From contig JBHGNT010000006.1 of the NCBI GenBank assembly GCA_043228905.1, positions 9,672,001 through 9,736,000 on the forward strand: 64,000 nucleotides of DNA, given 5' to 3'. The first letter of the stretch is position 1. Each line of letters begins with the position of its first letter. The DNA is from Azolla caroliniana (taxonomy: Eukaryota; Plantae; Polypodiophyta). Below the pieces are notes generated by a model. That model was not told the origin of the DNA. It did no database searches and worked only from the letters and a program-made list of their open reading frames with translations. Positions 12,998 to 24,944 of the stretch are shown piece after piece. Position numbers and translations under genes: made by a program.

Positions 12998-13217
12998 GGA
13001 CAAGAGAGGACTTGAACCAATAACCCCTACCTTATGACTCTAAAACCTTACCATTTACCCTATCATTGTAGTACATATAAAATTATATGTCTTGTTTTCT
13101 TTGAAGTAATATAATGTACTATATGTGCACCATATATTGTATTACATAGGCAAGAGAAGACTTGAACCAACAACCTCCACATTATGAACCTCAAAGCCTA
13201 CCATTTAGCCAATACCC
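12998..13217 (-). other. Two tandem degenerate tRNA-like (CAT-loop) modules
   Basis: Revcomp 13149-13217: GGGTATTGGCTAAATGGTAGGCTTTGAGGTTCATAATGTGGAGGTTGTTGGTTCAAGTCTTCTCTTGCC (A box TGGCTAAATGG, loop TTCATAA, B box GGTTCAAGTC). 12998-13063 is a paralogous copy with B box GGTTCAAGTCC. Stems poorly paired, so not functional tRNAs. Confidence 0.65.
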
Positions 13218-13527
13218 ATTATATATATAAGAAAAAGAGTGTTGTTTTATTTGAAGTAGTATTGTATAGTCTAGACTCTAAACCATGTAATGTACTACAT
13301 GTGCACCATATAGCACACATGGAAGAGCCCTCTTTGCATGTGTGACATATGGCCCACATGCAAAACCATCCCTTTCCAATAAAAGGAGAAGGAGTATAGT
13401 CACAAGGATATCGAAGGAATCGAAATCGAAGAACTATATTGTATGATATATCAATCAAATCAAATAGAATTATATTACATAAGAGATATCACAAGATAGA
13501 AAAAGGAAAACAACAAAAGAAAACAAC

Positions 13528-13592
13528 TAGCTTGGCGGTCGTGGTGCTCAACTCACAACAAAAGGGCGGAGGTTCGAGTCTTACCCTCATCG
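13528..13592 (+). other. Degenerate tRNA-like module
   Basis: TAGCTTGGCGG (A-box-like) ... CTCACAA ... GGTTCGAGTC (B box 13571-13580). Confidence 0.55.
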
Positions 13593-16500
13593 AAATCTAG
13601 AAGGGAAGATTGTGATCTACTCTCAAGAATGAGAAGAGCGGTTACCTTGTGAGACAAAGTTCAAAGGATCAACGACGATCACAACCAATTTGTAACTCTT
13701 TCATCAAATAATCATAAATCTCTTTTATCCCTTCAAATATCATTCTATATCCAATCTTGTCTTTATCTTGTTGATCTCTATTTACTCTATCTCTACTCTT
13801 TCGTCTCTTCCATCCATAATCCCAGTGATTCCTTCATCACTTTCACGTTATCTTTTGTCTGCGCAACGCTACGCTTCTATGCGAGCCACGCCACAACACC
13901 GTCCTTCATTTTGACATACATACTTACATCCGAAGCACATTGCTTAAAGTCGATTGATTGTAAGAAGTTGTCTATCCTCTTGTTCCAAGATCTTGGTACT
14001 TGCTTTAGACCATACAAAGCCTTCTTCAGCTTGCAGACTTTGTTTTTTGAATTCGACATCTCAAACCCTGGTGGTTGTGTCACGTATACCTCCTCCTTGA
14101 GATGCCCATTCAGAAATGCCGATTTGACATCCATCTGATAAATCAACCATCCTCTTGAAGCAACCAACATTATGACCATTTGAATTGTTGTCATGCGAGT
14201 TGTTGTGGCAAATGTTTCTTGTACATCAAACCCTTCAATTTGAGAGTATCCTTGCCCTACTAGCCTGGCCTTAAATTTCTCCAAAGAACCATTATCTTTA
14301 TACTTTACTTTTCACACCCATTTGGTGCCTATCACCTTGCTCTTTGTTGGCCTCTCTACCAACTCCCACATGTCATTTTTCGTGATGTTATCGTATTCTG
14401 ATATCATCGTCTCTTTCCACTTCAGGTCGGCCATGGCTTCCTCCACTGAGGTCGGCTCACTCACTGAGCCTGTGATGTCCACCATCAAAGCCATGTTGAC
14501 AATGTGGTCAGAGGTTCTCCCTTGTTCTTGTATTCTTCTTGATCTTCGTAATCCATCAGTTGAAGTTTCAAGAAACTCAACTTTAGGAGTACGGTCATTG
14601 AAGAGTTGTTGAGCCCACTTAGGTATTTTCTTTACATGTGGCATTGGCATTAGGATGAACTAGTGAGCCATCACCATCAGATGGTTCAACTTCCTTTTCT
14701 GGATAGTGGGTCAGGATTGGGTGAAATACTTCTTCGGTTGATGAGATAACTTGAGAATCGCCGTTCCTCATCGAACACCACATCGCAGCTTGTCAATATC
14801 TTTCTTGCCTCTGGATCGTAGAGTCAATAGGCCTTTGACTCTTCACTATATCTGAGAAAGTTACTTTTCTTGCTTTTAGCATTCAACTTCTTTCTGCTCA
14901 CATCTAGAACATTTGCATAGCACGTACACCCAAAGGTTTTGAAGTGCAACACTGAAGGTTTCTTGCCTAAATAAGCTTCTTGGGGTGTTTTCCCTTGAAA
15001 TGCCTTCGTGTAGCTCCGATTAAGGATGTAAACTACCGTATTTACTGCTTCAGCCTAGAATGGGTCGGGCATCGCTTGTGCCTTCAACATACACCCAGTC
15101 ATTTCGACAATTGTTCAGTTTCGATGTTCAACAACGCCATTTTGTTGTGGGGTGTAGGCCATTGTAAGTTGGCGCTTAATTCCATGCTCTTTGCAATACT
15201 CACAGAGTTCTATTGATAAGAATTCTCCATCTCGATCAAAGTGTCACCTTTTTCCAGAGAGGTCGATGTGTATTAGCTGTAGAGGAGTATTTGTCCGATT
15301 TTGACCCTCTTTTGGAATGGTTTATCTTTAATGCTTGCCCATCATACAAGCATCACAAACATGACTTAAGTCAGATAGGGTTGGCAACCCAACTACCATA
15401 TTCGACTTCTTCATCTCCTTCAACACAGCAACATTGAGATGCCCAAATCTCTCATGTCATTGCTTTGTGTTAGTACTTGTGATGTGGTCAGTAGAAATTG
15501 TAAACGCGCTCAGCTCATAGAGATTGTTGCGCCCTACACCTATTCCTACAATCTTGTTAACAAAATCTGTTATTTCTGCACCCAACTTCTTGAATCGAAC
15601 ATCAAGACCTTTGTCGGTCAGTACAGAAATGGACAATAGATTCTTGGTGAGATCTAGCATGTACAACACTTGAGAGAGATGCTTTGTCCCAACGGTCGTT
15701 GCTTTGAGGGAGACGGTTCCGGTTCCTTTGGTTGGACATCGAGCATTGTTCCCGACCACAACATTGATGGGCTCTTGTAGAGGTGTCCAAGAGATGTACC
15801 AGTCATGATTACTGGTCATATGTCGAGATGCTCCACTATCGAGAATCCAAGAGTTGTCGACAACTTGAGTGTCAACTTCAGTTACAACCCATAACTCAAG
15901 CTCATCTACGACATTGTTTGCGGACTCGGGCTTTCTCCAAGAAGTCTTACTAGAACCATTCTTCTTATCCGCCATCTTCTTCCGACAATCCTTGATTGTG
16001 TGACCCTTCTTGTTACAGTAAAAACACGATCCATTGAACTTCTTCTTCTTTGGTATCCTATTCACATTGTTTGAATTGGACGCCCCTTTGCTGTTAGTCC
16101 TAGAGACAAATGCCAAATTTTCCCTTCCTTCTCTTGTCTTCAGTCGAAGCTCCTCTTCAATCAGCATTGCACTTAGTTCATCAAATTTTAAAGGAGTGGG
16201 TCGAACCTGAATGTTCAATGTTGTCACAGTGCCATCATACTTGGAAGGAAGAACTTGAATGCATCGACAGGCCATATTCTCTGGAGAGATGACTACTCCA
16301 ACAACTGCCAACTGATCTTGAATATCCTGAATCCTTTTTACAAAGGATTCTACTTTCTCTCCATCAGCAAGCTTCTCTGCAACAAGCTGATTTTCGAGGT
16401 TTTGTATCCTTGTACAGTTTCTGATTTCATACTGGCTGGCCAATATGCCCTAGTTGTATGTTGCACTAATGTTAGTACACAACGCATCAGCATTCCTTCT

Positions 16501-16751
16501 CTTCCAGGCTCGAAGTAGATTAGCATTTGGAGGGATTGATGTGGTAGGGTGTGCAAGGTCAAAGGTCACCATGGGCTCAACGTCTCCTCCTGTCGGTCCC
16601 ATGATTGTCTCCAACAACTCGTAGGAGTCCAAAATGGCAGACATTTTGAACTTCCATAGAGTGTAGTTGGTTCCATCTAGCTTTCCATCAGACAATGGAG
16701 GTGGGCGAATGCATAGTGGAGCAGATGCAACATTCATGGACAAGGCCATTG

Positions 16752-16755
<4 letters not shown>

Positions 16756-16806
<51 letters not shown>
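16756..16806. repeat. (CT)n microsatellite in the copia 5' leader
   Basis: Direct reading. Confidence 0.95.
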
Positions 16807-16809
<3 letters not shown>

Positions 16810-16872
16810 TGTTGCTAGACAGCAACTGCCTGTATATACCTAATCTAGATCAACCTCTTAGCTCTGATACCA

Positions 16873-17461
16873 TATTAGAAATATTGAGAATCGATTAGAT
16901 AGGTATATAGAGTTACAACCACACAGATGGATATATGAAAACAAAACTTCTATTACATATGAGAGTAGCTCACAACAGTAGTTGACCCATGCACTCACAC
17001 CTTAGAGCTTAAATGGGATTTGGACCAGCTCACTACAAAATTAGTGGGGATGAATGATCAATACAACCACTGTGTAAGAAAGGTATAACACTAAATGTGC
17101 AAGTCAGTTGATAGTAGTGGAGATATTCCTTTTTCTGTAAACTGGCTTGTCATTTAATATGACCCAACTCCCTAGATACAGGCTTGTGCTAGATAGTACT
17201 TATCTTGAAGTCAATGGCACATACTTCAAGACTAAGTACATCGTAACTTGCCCACAAAATATTCTAGTTTACTTGATTAGCCAATCTTATAACCTATTTC
17301 GCCCTTTCCTAAATCCATTGTGTCCTACGCATTATCGCCCCATATGGTCGAGTTGCACACTAGCCACTCCTCATTTGGGGCGCTATCATAAAATGTGCAC
17401 TCTAAGAGCACATATGGGGATATATTTACAACTTGGGGTTGATCATTGATTATATCTAACA
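16873..17461 (-). repeat. 5' LTR of copia element 10896-17461
   Basis: Direct repeat of 10896-11507; adjacent PBS. Confidence 0.92.
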
Positions 17462-18100
17462 GTCCTTGGTACAAAGAGGTTTAGCACCATAAAAGACCGA
17501 GAGATTAGGGATTGTCTTACAGTTAGCTCTTAATTGTAGTCTCTCTTAGCTCTAATGAAGGCTTAAGGAGATAGAAAAAGAGCTTTAATGCACTAATGGT
17601 AGGAGAAATCCTAAGAATGCAGAAGAGCTACCAAAGATACAAAAGGGTGGCTTTTATAGCTTTTTACAAGGTATGTGTTTCCCTTTCAAACTAGGTTGCC
17701 CATTGGCTTACATTACTTCTTGTTTGGTTTGATCTATCCCCTTGTTTCCTATGGTAAATTTAGCTTGTTCTCCATCATTGGTGTTCCGGTCTTCGCATTC
17801 AGTGTACCAAGTGCTAGATAATTCACAACCTCTCTCTCTCTAAAGGTCCTACCTATAAACCTTTATATCTACAGTCCTAAGTTTGAATAAGACATCAATG
17901 TAGTTTAGATAAATGAAGAAGGAAGTGCAAAAGTGAAACTACAAGGGTTCTTCCGCATTCTAAAAAGGTTTCAATAGTTAAAGCTAAAGCATCTCTCTCT
18001 CTCTCTTTCATTACAAAAGAAAAATACACCACCATGACTAACATAATACAAAGTATAGAACCCTTATAGGGAGATAAATACTACTACGACTCCAAACTCG

Positions 18101-21100
18101 ATGTCATCCACGTAGATGAAGAGGAAGATGGGTGACCCATCTCGAGTTGTTTTCGTGAAGAGATAGTAGTCCTCATCGCTCTTCGAGAAGCCGACCAACT
18201 GAATGAAGTCATTGAACTTCTTATACCATTGTCGCGGTGCTTGTTTCAAACTATAAAGACTCTTCCTAAGTCGGCAGACTAGATGTTGTTGGCCGGCTAC
18301 GACGAAGCCTTTCGGCTAATCCATATAAATTTCCTCCTCTAGATCACCATGGAGGAATGCCGTTTTGACATCTAGTTGAATCAGCTCCAAATTCACAACT
18401 GCCACGACGCCCAACATAAAGCGGAGGGTTGTCATTTTCACCACTAGTGAAAAAGTTCCGTTGAAATCGACACCATATTCCTGTCGAAACGCTTTTGCAA
18501 CTAATCTGGCCTTGAATTTTGGGGTGGCCAAATCAGGCGTCTCTTTAATTCTATAGAACCATTTGCACGGAAGAGCACGTCGATTTTTCGGTAGTTCGAC
18601 CAAGTTCCAAGTTTGGTTTGCTCGAATGGAGTTCATCTCGGACTCCATTGCCAGATGCCAGGTGGCCGAATCAGAAGATGGCGATGCTTCTTCATATGAC
18701 GTCGGTTCTCCAGCGTTCGTAAAGAAGATTCCAGGAGAATATCTCTTCGGGGGTTGCGATAGTCTCTCGGATCTTCGAGGTATGACTAGACTATTCGCAT
18801 TGGGTGTCGAAGTTGGATGGTCAGAAACCAAAACATTCGGTTGTGCCGAGTCGGATGCTACCGAGTCAGTACTAGTGGTTTCGGTTACCCATGAAGCCGA
18901 TCTTGTGTTGTGGGTTGGGCCTTCATGAAGGGTTGGCACATCCGAAAAAATTACACCCTTCGGACTTTGATCGGCTTTTCAGCCAATTGATGCATGGTTG
19001 ACTCATTGAACACTATGTCCGAACTTCGGACGATTTGTTTGTGCTTGGGGTCCCAAAGTCGGTAGCCGATTTCGCCATTTGGTCCATAACCGAGGAAAAT
19101 GCATTTCTTGAACCTTGATGCAAGTTTGCGGCTATCATCTTTTGGTATGAAGGCATATGCCTCGCATCCGAAAATCCTTAGTTTGTCATAATTTGGCTTG
19201 CTGTCGGTCCATAGTTCCAAAGGTATCTGAAGTTGTAGAGGCCTACTCAGCGACATATTGATTATGTGTACTGTCGTAAGTAGTGCCTCTATCTAGAAGC
19301 CATCCAATAGTCCAGAGTGTTGAGCATGGAAACTATCCTTTCTTGAATTGTCTAATTCATCCGCTCGGCAATTCTGTTCTACTCCGGACTATGGGGTGCA
19401 GTATATTCATGTCGTATGTCGCGTTGTCGTTAGAATCTGACGAATTCTTCAGATTTGAACTCTCCTCCATTATCAGTTCGAAAGCATTTCAGTTTTCGGC
19501 CGGACAGATTCTCGACCATATCGAGCCAATCGAAGAAAATCGACAACACTCGATCTTTGGTCTTTATCGAATACACCCACACCTTCCGAGTCGAGTCGTC
19601 AATAAAGCTAACAAAATACAAGGCACCGTTGTCGTGGTGTGGCATGTGTAGTGTGAGAAAAAGCGAGGTTTCACACACATCTCATGAAATAATGTATAAA
19701 TAAAATAATAATAAATATTTTGCGCCCCTTCCCTTTTTGTGATAAAGGAAAAAAGAAAAGAACATTGTAATGTTAAAATAGGCGTCTCTTTCCTCTATAA
19801 GAGGGGAGGAATAGGGCTTATTATGGGGTCGCCCATTTTGTCTTCTAGGGGTGTACCACTAGGGTTTCATCTTCTCCTCTTCTTCTTGATTTTAGGGTTT
19901 GGTAGCTGCCCTTTCTCCTTCTTCTTTATCTTGTAGGGTTAGGGTTTGAGAGCTTCTTCTTTCTACTTTTCTATCTTTCTCCTCAAAATATTAGAGAACC
20001 CAAGGTTTAGGGGTTTTATGTTCCTTATGAGTGTGTAGAGTTCTTCTTTCTTATGAGTTTTAGGATTGTGATTTTTGCATCTACTTGTAAGTTAGGGTTT
20101 GGGTTTAGGTTCCTTATATGACGACTTCTTCAACATCTCGATGGTGGTCAACTCGGTGGCCGGTTGCGGAAGGGAGGTTGTAGTGGCACAAGAGCTACTT
20201 CGAATCGAGGCAACATAGCCGTCGAAAGTAGTCGAGCTCGGATCCCACTAGACTCGCCTTCATCAGATTATTTTCAGCCCCTTGTGTGTTGATTAACTGT
20301 TTTTGAATAATGATGAAACTATTTCTATGTAAAAGAATCACCTAAATCATGATATCTAACCTAACCGTTGTACAAACCCTAATTTTTGCAACATAATTCT
20401 TGTATATTTTTGTCTACATTTCTCCCTAACCTCGTGCGTATTTTCCTTAAACATTTGCTAATCGTGGTGGTGAATCTCCCACTTCCTCACCCCTTGTGTC
20501 TCCCAAGTCCAAGGCCCCGACGGTCCCGTTCAAACGACACACACACGCAAAACTTGGCGACACCGCCAAGAGACTGATGTGGCATGGGACCACAAACGTC
20601 CAAGTGGACCAAATCGAGGGGACTCGATTCTGTCGGTGCTAATGTCGGATGTGATGGGGCTATTTGTTTGCCGTACTGGCAATGCTCAAAGAACTGATTA
20701 TCAGAGAAGGAGAGTTCAGGGATGTATCCAGCTCTAGATAAATGCGTGATGTTGGCCTTGCTGAGGTGTCTGAGTCGTCCATGCCAAAGTGATGATGCAG
20801 GAATGTCGACCAAGAACAAGTGACCCTCTCTGAGTGTGACATATAACGGGTACAACGAGTGTACTTTCGTCCTCGAGCAAGTAGGAGGTTCCCCCTGTGG
20901 AGTGTCCACCCTCCTGATGAGAAGTCAGCACGGATGCCGTCTTCGTCTAGTTGTCTGACTGAGATCAATGGTCTTGAGAGCTCAAGTACATGGCAAACAT
21001 TGTGTAGTGCCAATGTAGAGCCACCCGGAAGGTTGAGCTCTACTATGTCAATTCCAATAATCGCACAGTACTGCAAAATTCCGACTCGAACTAAGTCGGA

Positions 21101-22284
21101 GTGTCGGGCTGAGTATTGCCGAAATTGGGATCGATGAGGGGTCACATGAAAAGATGCACCTGAGTCCAAGAGCCATGTGCTCGATTCCTCAGTCGTAAGC
21201 AAAAATTCTGATTCGACTAGGTTTTCAATGGATCAAATGTTTAGGTCGTTTGACAATACTTCGGTTGAGGAGCCGACGTAGTTGACCTCTTCATGCCGGT
21301 CACTCTTCTGATCCGCTTGCTGAGCCTTATCATTTTTGGCCTTGAGTGCACGGCAATCGGCTTTTATGTGTCTAGGTTTCTTGCAATAATTGCAGACTCG
21401 ATTATCCCAGGACTTGCTCCGACTTCACTAGTTGTTCAGGTACCGTGAAGAACATCATCCTCGGTTGTTCGGTCGATCTGTCGAACCTTGTACTACATAC
21501 GCGTTATTGGCCGAATTGTTTGCAAACGATTTCCTTCGAGCTGCTTCAGTCAGAATTGCGCTCGTGATTGAGGAGTATTTAACACCTGCAGTCGATGCGT
21601 TGCACACGGTTGTGACGAAAGTTTCCCACGAAGGGGGAAGACTACTCATAAGCAACATTGCTCTTAGTTCATCCTCGATAGTTGTCCCTTGAGCCAAAAT
21701 TTGGGAACTTAGGCTTTCGTACTCGTTGAGGTGTGCCTGAACCGAATCAGATTCTTTCATCCTAAGGTTATAGAGGCGGCGTATCAACTGTATTTTCGTG
21801 GCAGTGACCTTCTTTGCGTAAGTGTCTGAAAGTGTCTTCCATAGTTGGAAGGCAGTTGAACACGATTGCACCATAAAGTACACTAACTCCAATAGGTGCA
21901 TCCGAATAGTGGCTCAGACAATTCTGTCAAGCTTCTCCCATTCTAGCGGCTTGTATCCTTCTAGAGCATTTTCATTTTCGATGGGATCGATTTGCCCCTT
22001 GACTATTATATAGTTTTGCATCTACTCCTTCCAGACGTTGAAGTTCGATCCGTCGAACTTCCTTAGACTCATCTCTGACAAGCCAGATGTTGATTCCATC
22101 TGTGTCGATTTTGGGAGGCTTTGTTTGGGGTTGGCTACGAACAGTGGTTGGGTGCAGTAGACTCGCTCACCTAGTTGATTTAGAACACAAGCTGAATCTG
22201 ATTAGAAATTTGGGAGACTCGACCCGAAGTGACTACGATTCACTAGCTTAGTCGAGTTGGACCTGAGTATGTCGATTCGATTTT
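18101..22284 (-). mobile_element. Truncated Ty1/copia element of a different lineage (Tnt1/Tork-like motifs), no LTRs visible, interrupted at 19630-20562
   Basis: Gag (RKFDGSNFNVWK, LLMSSLPPSWETFVT, CNYCKKPRHIKADC), PR (WLLDSGASFHVT), INT (LDLVHLDVCGPM, FIDDSTRKVWVY, RTDNGGEF), RT (KARLVAKAF, QLDVKTAFLHGDLEEEIYM, KQAPRQWY, IYVDD) ending abruptly at ~18101. Confidence 0.88.
19630..20562. mobile_element. Solo-LTR-like insertion (TGTCGTGG...GGCGACA) with 4-bp TSD CCGT/CCGC
   Basis: Splits integrase SLGG|ALYFV; CCGT 19626-19629 and CCGC 20563-20566; CTATAAG TATA-like box ~19795; scattered TAGGGTTT motifs. Confidence 0.85.
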
Positions 22285-24485
22285 TGTTGAGAGATCAAGC
22301 TCAACTTAGTTTAGTTAGTTAGTCAACCATGTAACTTCATAGTTACCTAGATAGAATCTAGTTAGAAGTGTTGACTATAACACCTTAAATAGGACCTTGT
22401 AAGTCTGCTTCAACAACGAAGGTTGTTTCATCGAGAAAGATGACCGACTCAAAGCCAAGGGACGAAGAGACGGTCACATGTTCAACCTCGATTCGAACGA
22501 GGTGAAATCGGCCAAGTATGCTAAAGGTCTCAAAACCAAGACAAGCATCGAGTTGTGGCACAAAAGAATCGGCCACATAAACCTCCAACGGCTTCGAGCA
22601 ATGCAATCAAAAGGAGTCTTCATCGGACTTCCGGCCTTCGAGTTGATCGAGTGTGTGAAGCATGCCAACTCGGCAGACAACATCGACTCCCATTTCCGAA
22701 GGAGAGCTACGCAAGCAAAGGCCTCCTCGACGTCATACACTCGGATGTATGGGGACCGGCTCAAACGCCGACAATCGACAGATGCCGATACTACATCACC
22801 TTCATCGATGACCACTCCCGCTACACGTGGATCTTCCCGATGAAGAAGAAGAGCGAAGTGGTCTCCCACTTCCAAAAGCAAGGGCCAAGTGGAAAAAGAA
22901 ACTGGTTGGCACATTCGATGCCTATGATCGGATGGAGGCAAGGAATACTTCTCCAATGAATTCACCTCCTATCCCCAAAGTGAAGGCATTCGGAGAGAAT
23001 TCTCGTGCCGACACACACCCCAACAAAATGGAGTAGCCGAAAGGAAGAATCAGCAAATACTTGAGGTATCACACGCCATGATGCATGAGAAGCACATGCC
23101 GAACTTCTATTGGGCCGAAGTGGCATCCACGGCTGTCTATCTCATGAATCGGTGCACCACTAATGGAGTGCATGAGCTAACTCCATACAAGCTCCTCATC
23201 GGAAGGAAGCCTATCCTTTCGCACCTCAAGGTGTTCGGAAGCATTGCGAATGTATGCATCCCGAACGAACAACGACAGAAGCCTGACCGGGAGTTGGAGA
23301 AATGTATCCTCATATGATACTCGTCCGAGAAGAAGGCATACAAGTGCTTCAACCCCTCGACCCGAGCAGTTTGGATAAGTTGGGATGTAGTCTTCGACAA
23401 ATCAGCATTATGGTATAAGCCCGATTCGACTCCACCCGACCCGACCGAGGAAGAGTTGAACGTCAACTCGGAGGATGATATTTGGCCAAGCCCTTCACCA
23501 AAGGATCGTCCAAGCTCTACCGAGCTAAGTGGACCACACGAGCCTTCAAGACTTCCAAGCACGTCGCAACCAAGTCCGGACTTGGACAAAGGCAAAGCTA
23601 AGATGCCCGAATACGAAGTCGATCACCCCGACGATAGTGATTCGGATGTGTTGGCTCCCTCACTAGACAATGAGTTCGGTTTACCCATCATGCGAACACC
23701 CGGAGTAAAGAAGGCGTTCACATCGGCGAGCGAAAAACTTCGACGCTCTTCTAGAGAGAAGAATCTCGTCACTCGGCTCAACTACAACAAGTACATGGCC
23801 CATCACTATGCCTTCGTGGTGAAGGTAGCGGCCAGAAAAGAGCCCAAGAGCTCCACCAAAGCGGTTCATAACCCACGATGGGTGGAAGTAGTTGACCTTC
23901 GCCCACACACTACAAGCCTTCGTCACCGGCTTGAGGGGGAGGAACCGAGATTGCCTCGGAAAGGGCGAAGAAAGCCAAAGGCCGGATGGAAGCACACGAG
24001 GCCAACGAAAGTCAAAGCGGATGTCGGACGCCTCACACTTGAGCTTGAAGGGGTGTGTTGAGAGATCAAGCTCAACTTAGTTTAGTTAGTTAGTCAACCA
24101 TGTAACATCGTAGTTACCTAGATAGAATCTAGTTAGAAGTGTTGACTATAACGCCTTAAATAGGACCTTGTACTTAGTGGGATATTCTAGATCCTCCACT
24201 CCTAAGTACATTTAATATAGGACTTACACCTTAGTACCAATATTCTACTCACACATATGCACCTTTGCACATGAGATGTATATATACCTCATTGTGAGTA
24301 TTTTTTTATTTGATGATGATAATGCTAATTTAATATAGAGTTAATCATCCCCCATCTAGTGTTGTTCATAAGTGTATCTTCCTCTCTCTCTTCCTCTCAC
24401 ACACTTATCACATAATCTTCCGTGCTTAACTTAATCACATAATTAGGTACTAATTAACCCTTGCTTAATTACCTAATTCTTAATA
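22285..24485 (+). mobile_element. Internally deleted Ty1/copia derivative (partial 5' LTR, integrase region, PPT, complete 3' LTR)
   Basis: LTR start TGTTGAGAGATCAAGCTCAAC at 22285 and 24056; first copy cut at ~22401 and fused to the pre-integrase region; INT motifs (ELWHKRIGHIN, VIHSDVWGP); RT/RH deleted after NPRWVEV (~23890); PPT TTGAAGGGGTG; same family as element 1-5151. Confidence 0.88.
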
Positions 24486-24489
24486 GAAA

Positions 24490-24940
24490 GAAAGAACCGA
24501 GGAGGCCATTAGCACTTGGCTTGGTCGTTGGGAGTCTCACTTTGAGATCCATCTCAAGCCCGATGCTGTAAAAATTGGTTATGTCAGTCGTGAGTTAGGT
24601 GGCCAAGCTTACAAAGAACTTACCCACAACTTGGGAAGGTTTCGTCGATGTTTTTAAGAAACAATTCTTGCAACCACCTTCTCAAACCAAACTTAGTGCA
24701 AAACTTGCTCACGTTGTCGAGCAAGCCATTTACCTCTCTCGAGGATTATGTGCATCATGCTCGAACCCCAGTCCAAAAATCGGGACTTACAGGTGAGAAA
24801 TAGTTTGTTGCTCGTTTTTTGAATAGTATCCCCAATGGGGATTACCATTGGATTTTCCATGACAAGGACCCTACAACTTTTGAGGATGCCGTCAACATTG
24901 TTCTTCGGTACCATAGGACTTCCAAGAAAGACCACAATAA
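24490..24940 (+). mobile_element. Ty3/gypsy-like Gag fragment
   Basis: Reads EEAISTWLGRWESHFEIH..KIGYVSRELGGQA / LPTTWEGFVDVFKKQF, typical retrotransposon Gag; frameshifted. Confidence 0.55.
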
Positions 24941-24944
24941 ACCT

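Larger units (their letters stand above)
12509..13898. mobile_element. Solo-LTR-like insertion (TGTCGTG...CACAACA) with 4-bp TSD CCGT, splitting the copia RT between MKDG and GKQVIIIIYVDD
   Basis: CCGT at 12505-12508 and 13899-13902; imperfect terminal inverted repeat; removing it restores the RT frame. Confidence 0.85.
10896..17461 (-). mobile_element. Ty1/copia LTR retrotransposon, full length, degenerate, with nested insertion 12509-13898
   Basis: LTRs 10896-11507 and 16873-17461 (TGTTAG/TATTAG..TAACA). PBS revcomp GCTCTGATACCA 16861-16872; PPT revcomp TGCCCCCTCAA 11508-11518. Near-TSD CTCCT/GTCCT. Gag (KLDGTNYTLWKFKM, CFYCNKKGHTIKDC), PR (WILDSGASRHM), INT, RT (KARLVGQGYSQ, QMDVKSAFLNG, IYVDD), RH (KHIEIQYHY). 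Confidence 0.95.

Noticed and set aside
12998-13217. Possible functional tRNA-Met genes
   Set aside because: Acceptor and anticodon stems do not pair properly; kept only as tRNA-like modules.
17462-18100. LTR-like AT-rich sequence hosting the 10896-17461 element
   Set aside because: Probably TE-derived, but no termini, TSD or coding motif could be identified.
19850-20430. TTTAGGG-like telomeric motifs (also 43505, 62616-62633)
   Set aside because: Scattered one- or two-unit motifs within LTR or intron sequence, not an interstitial telomeric array.
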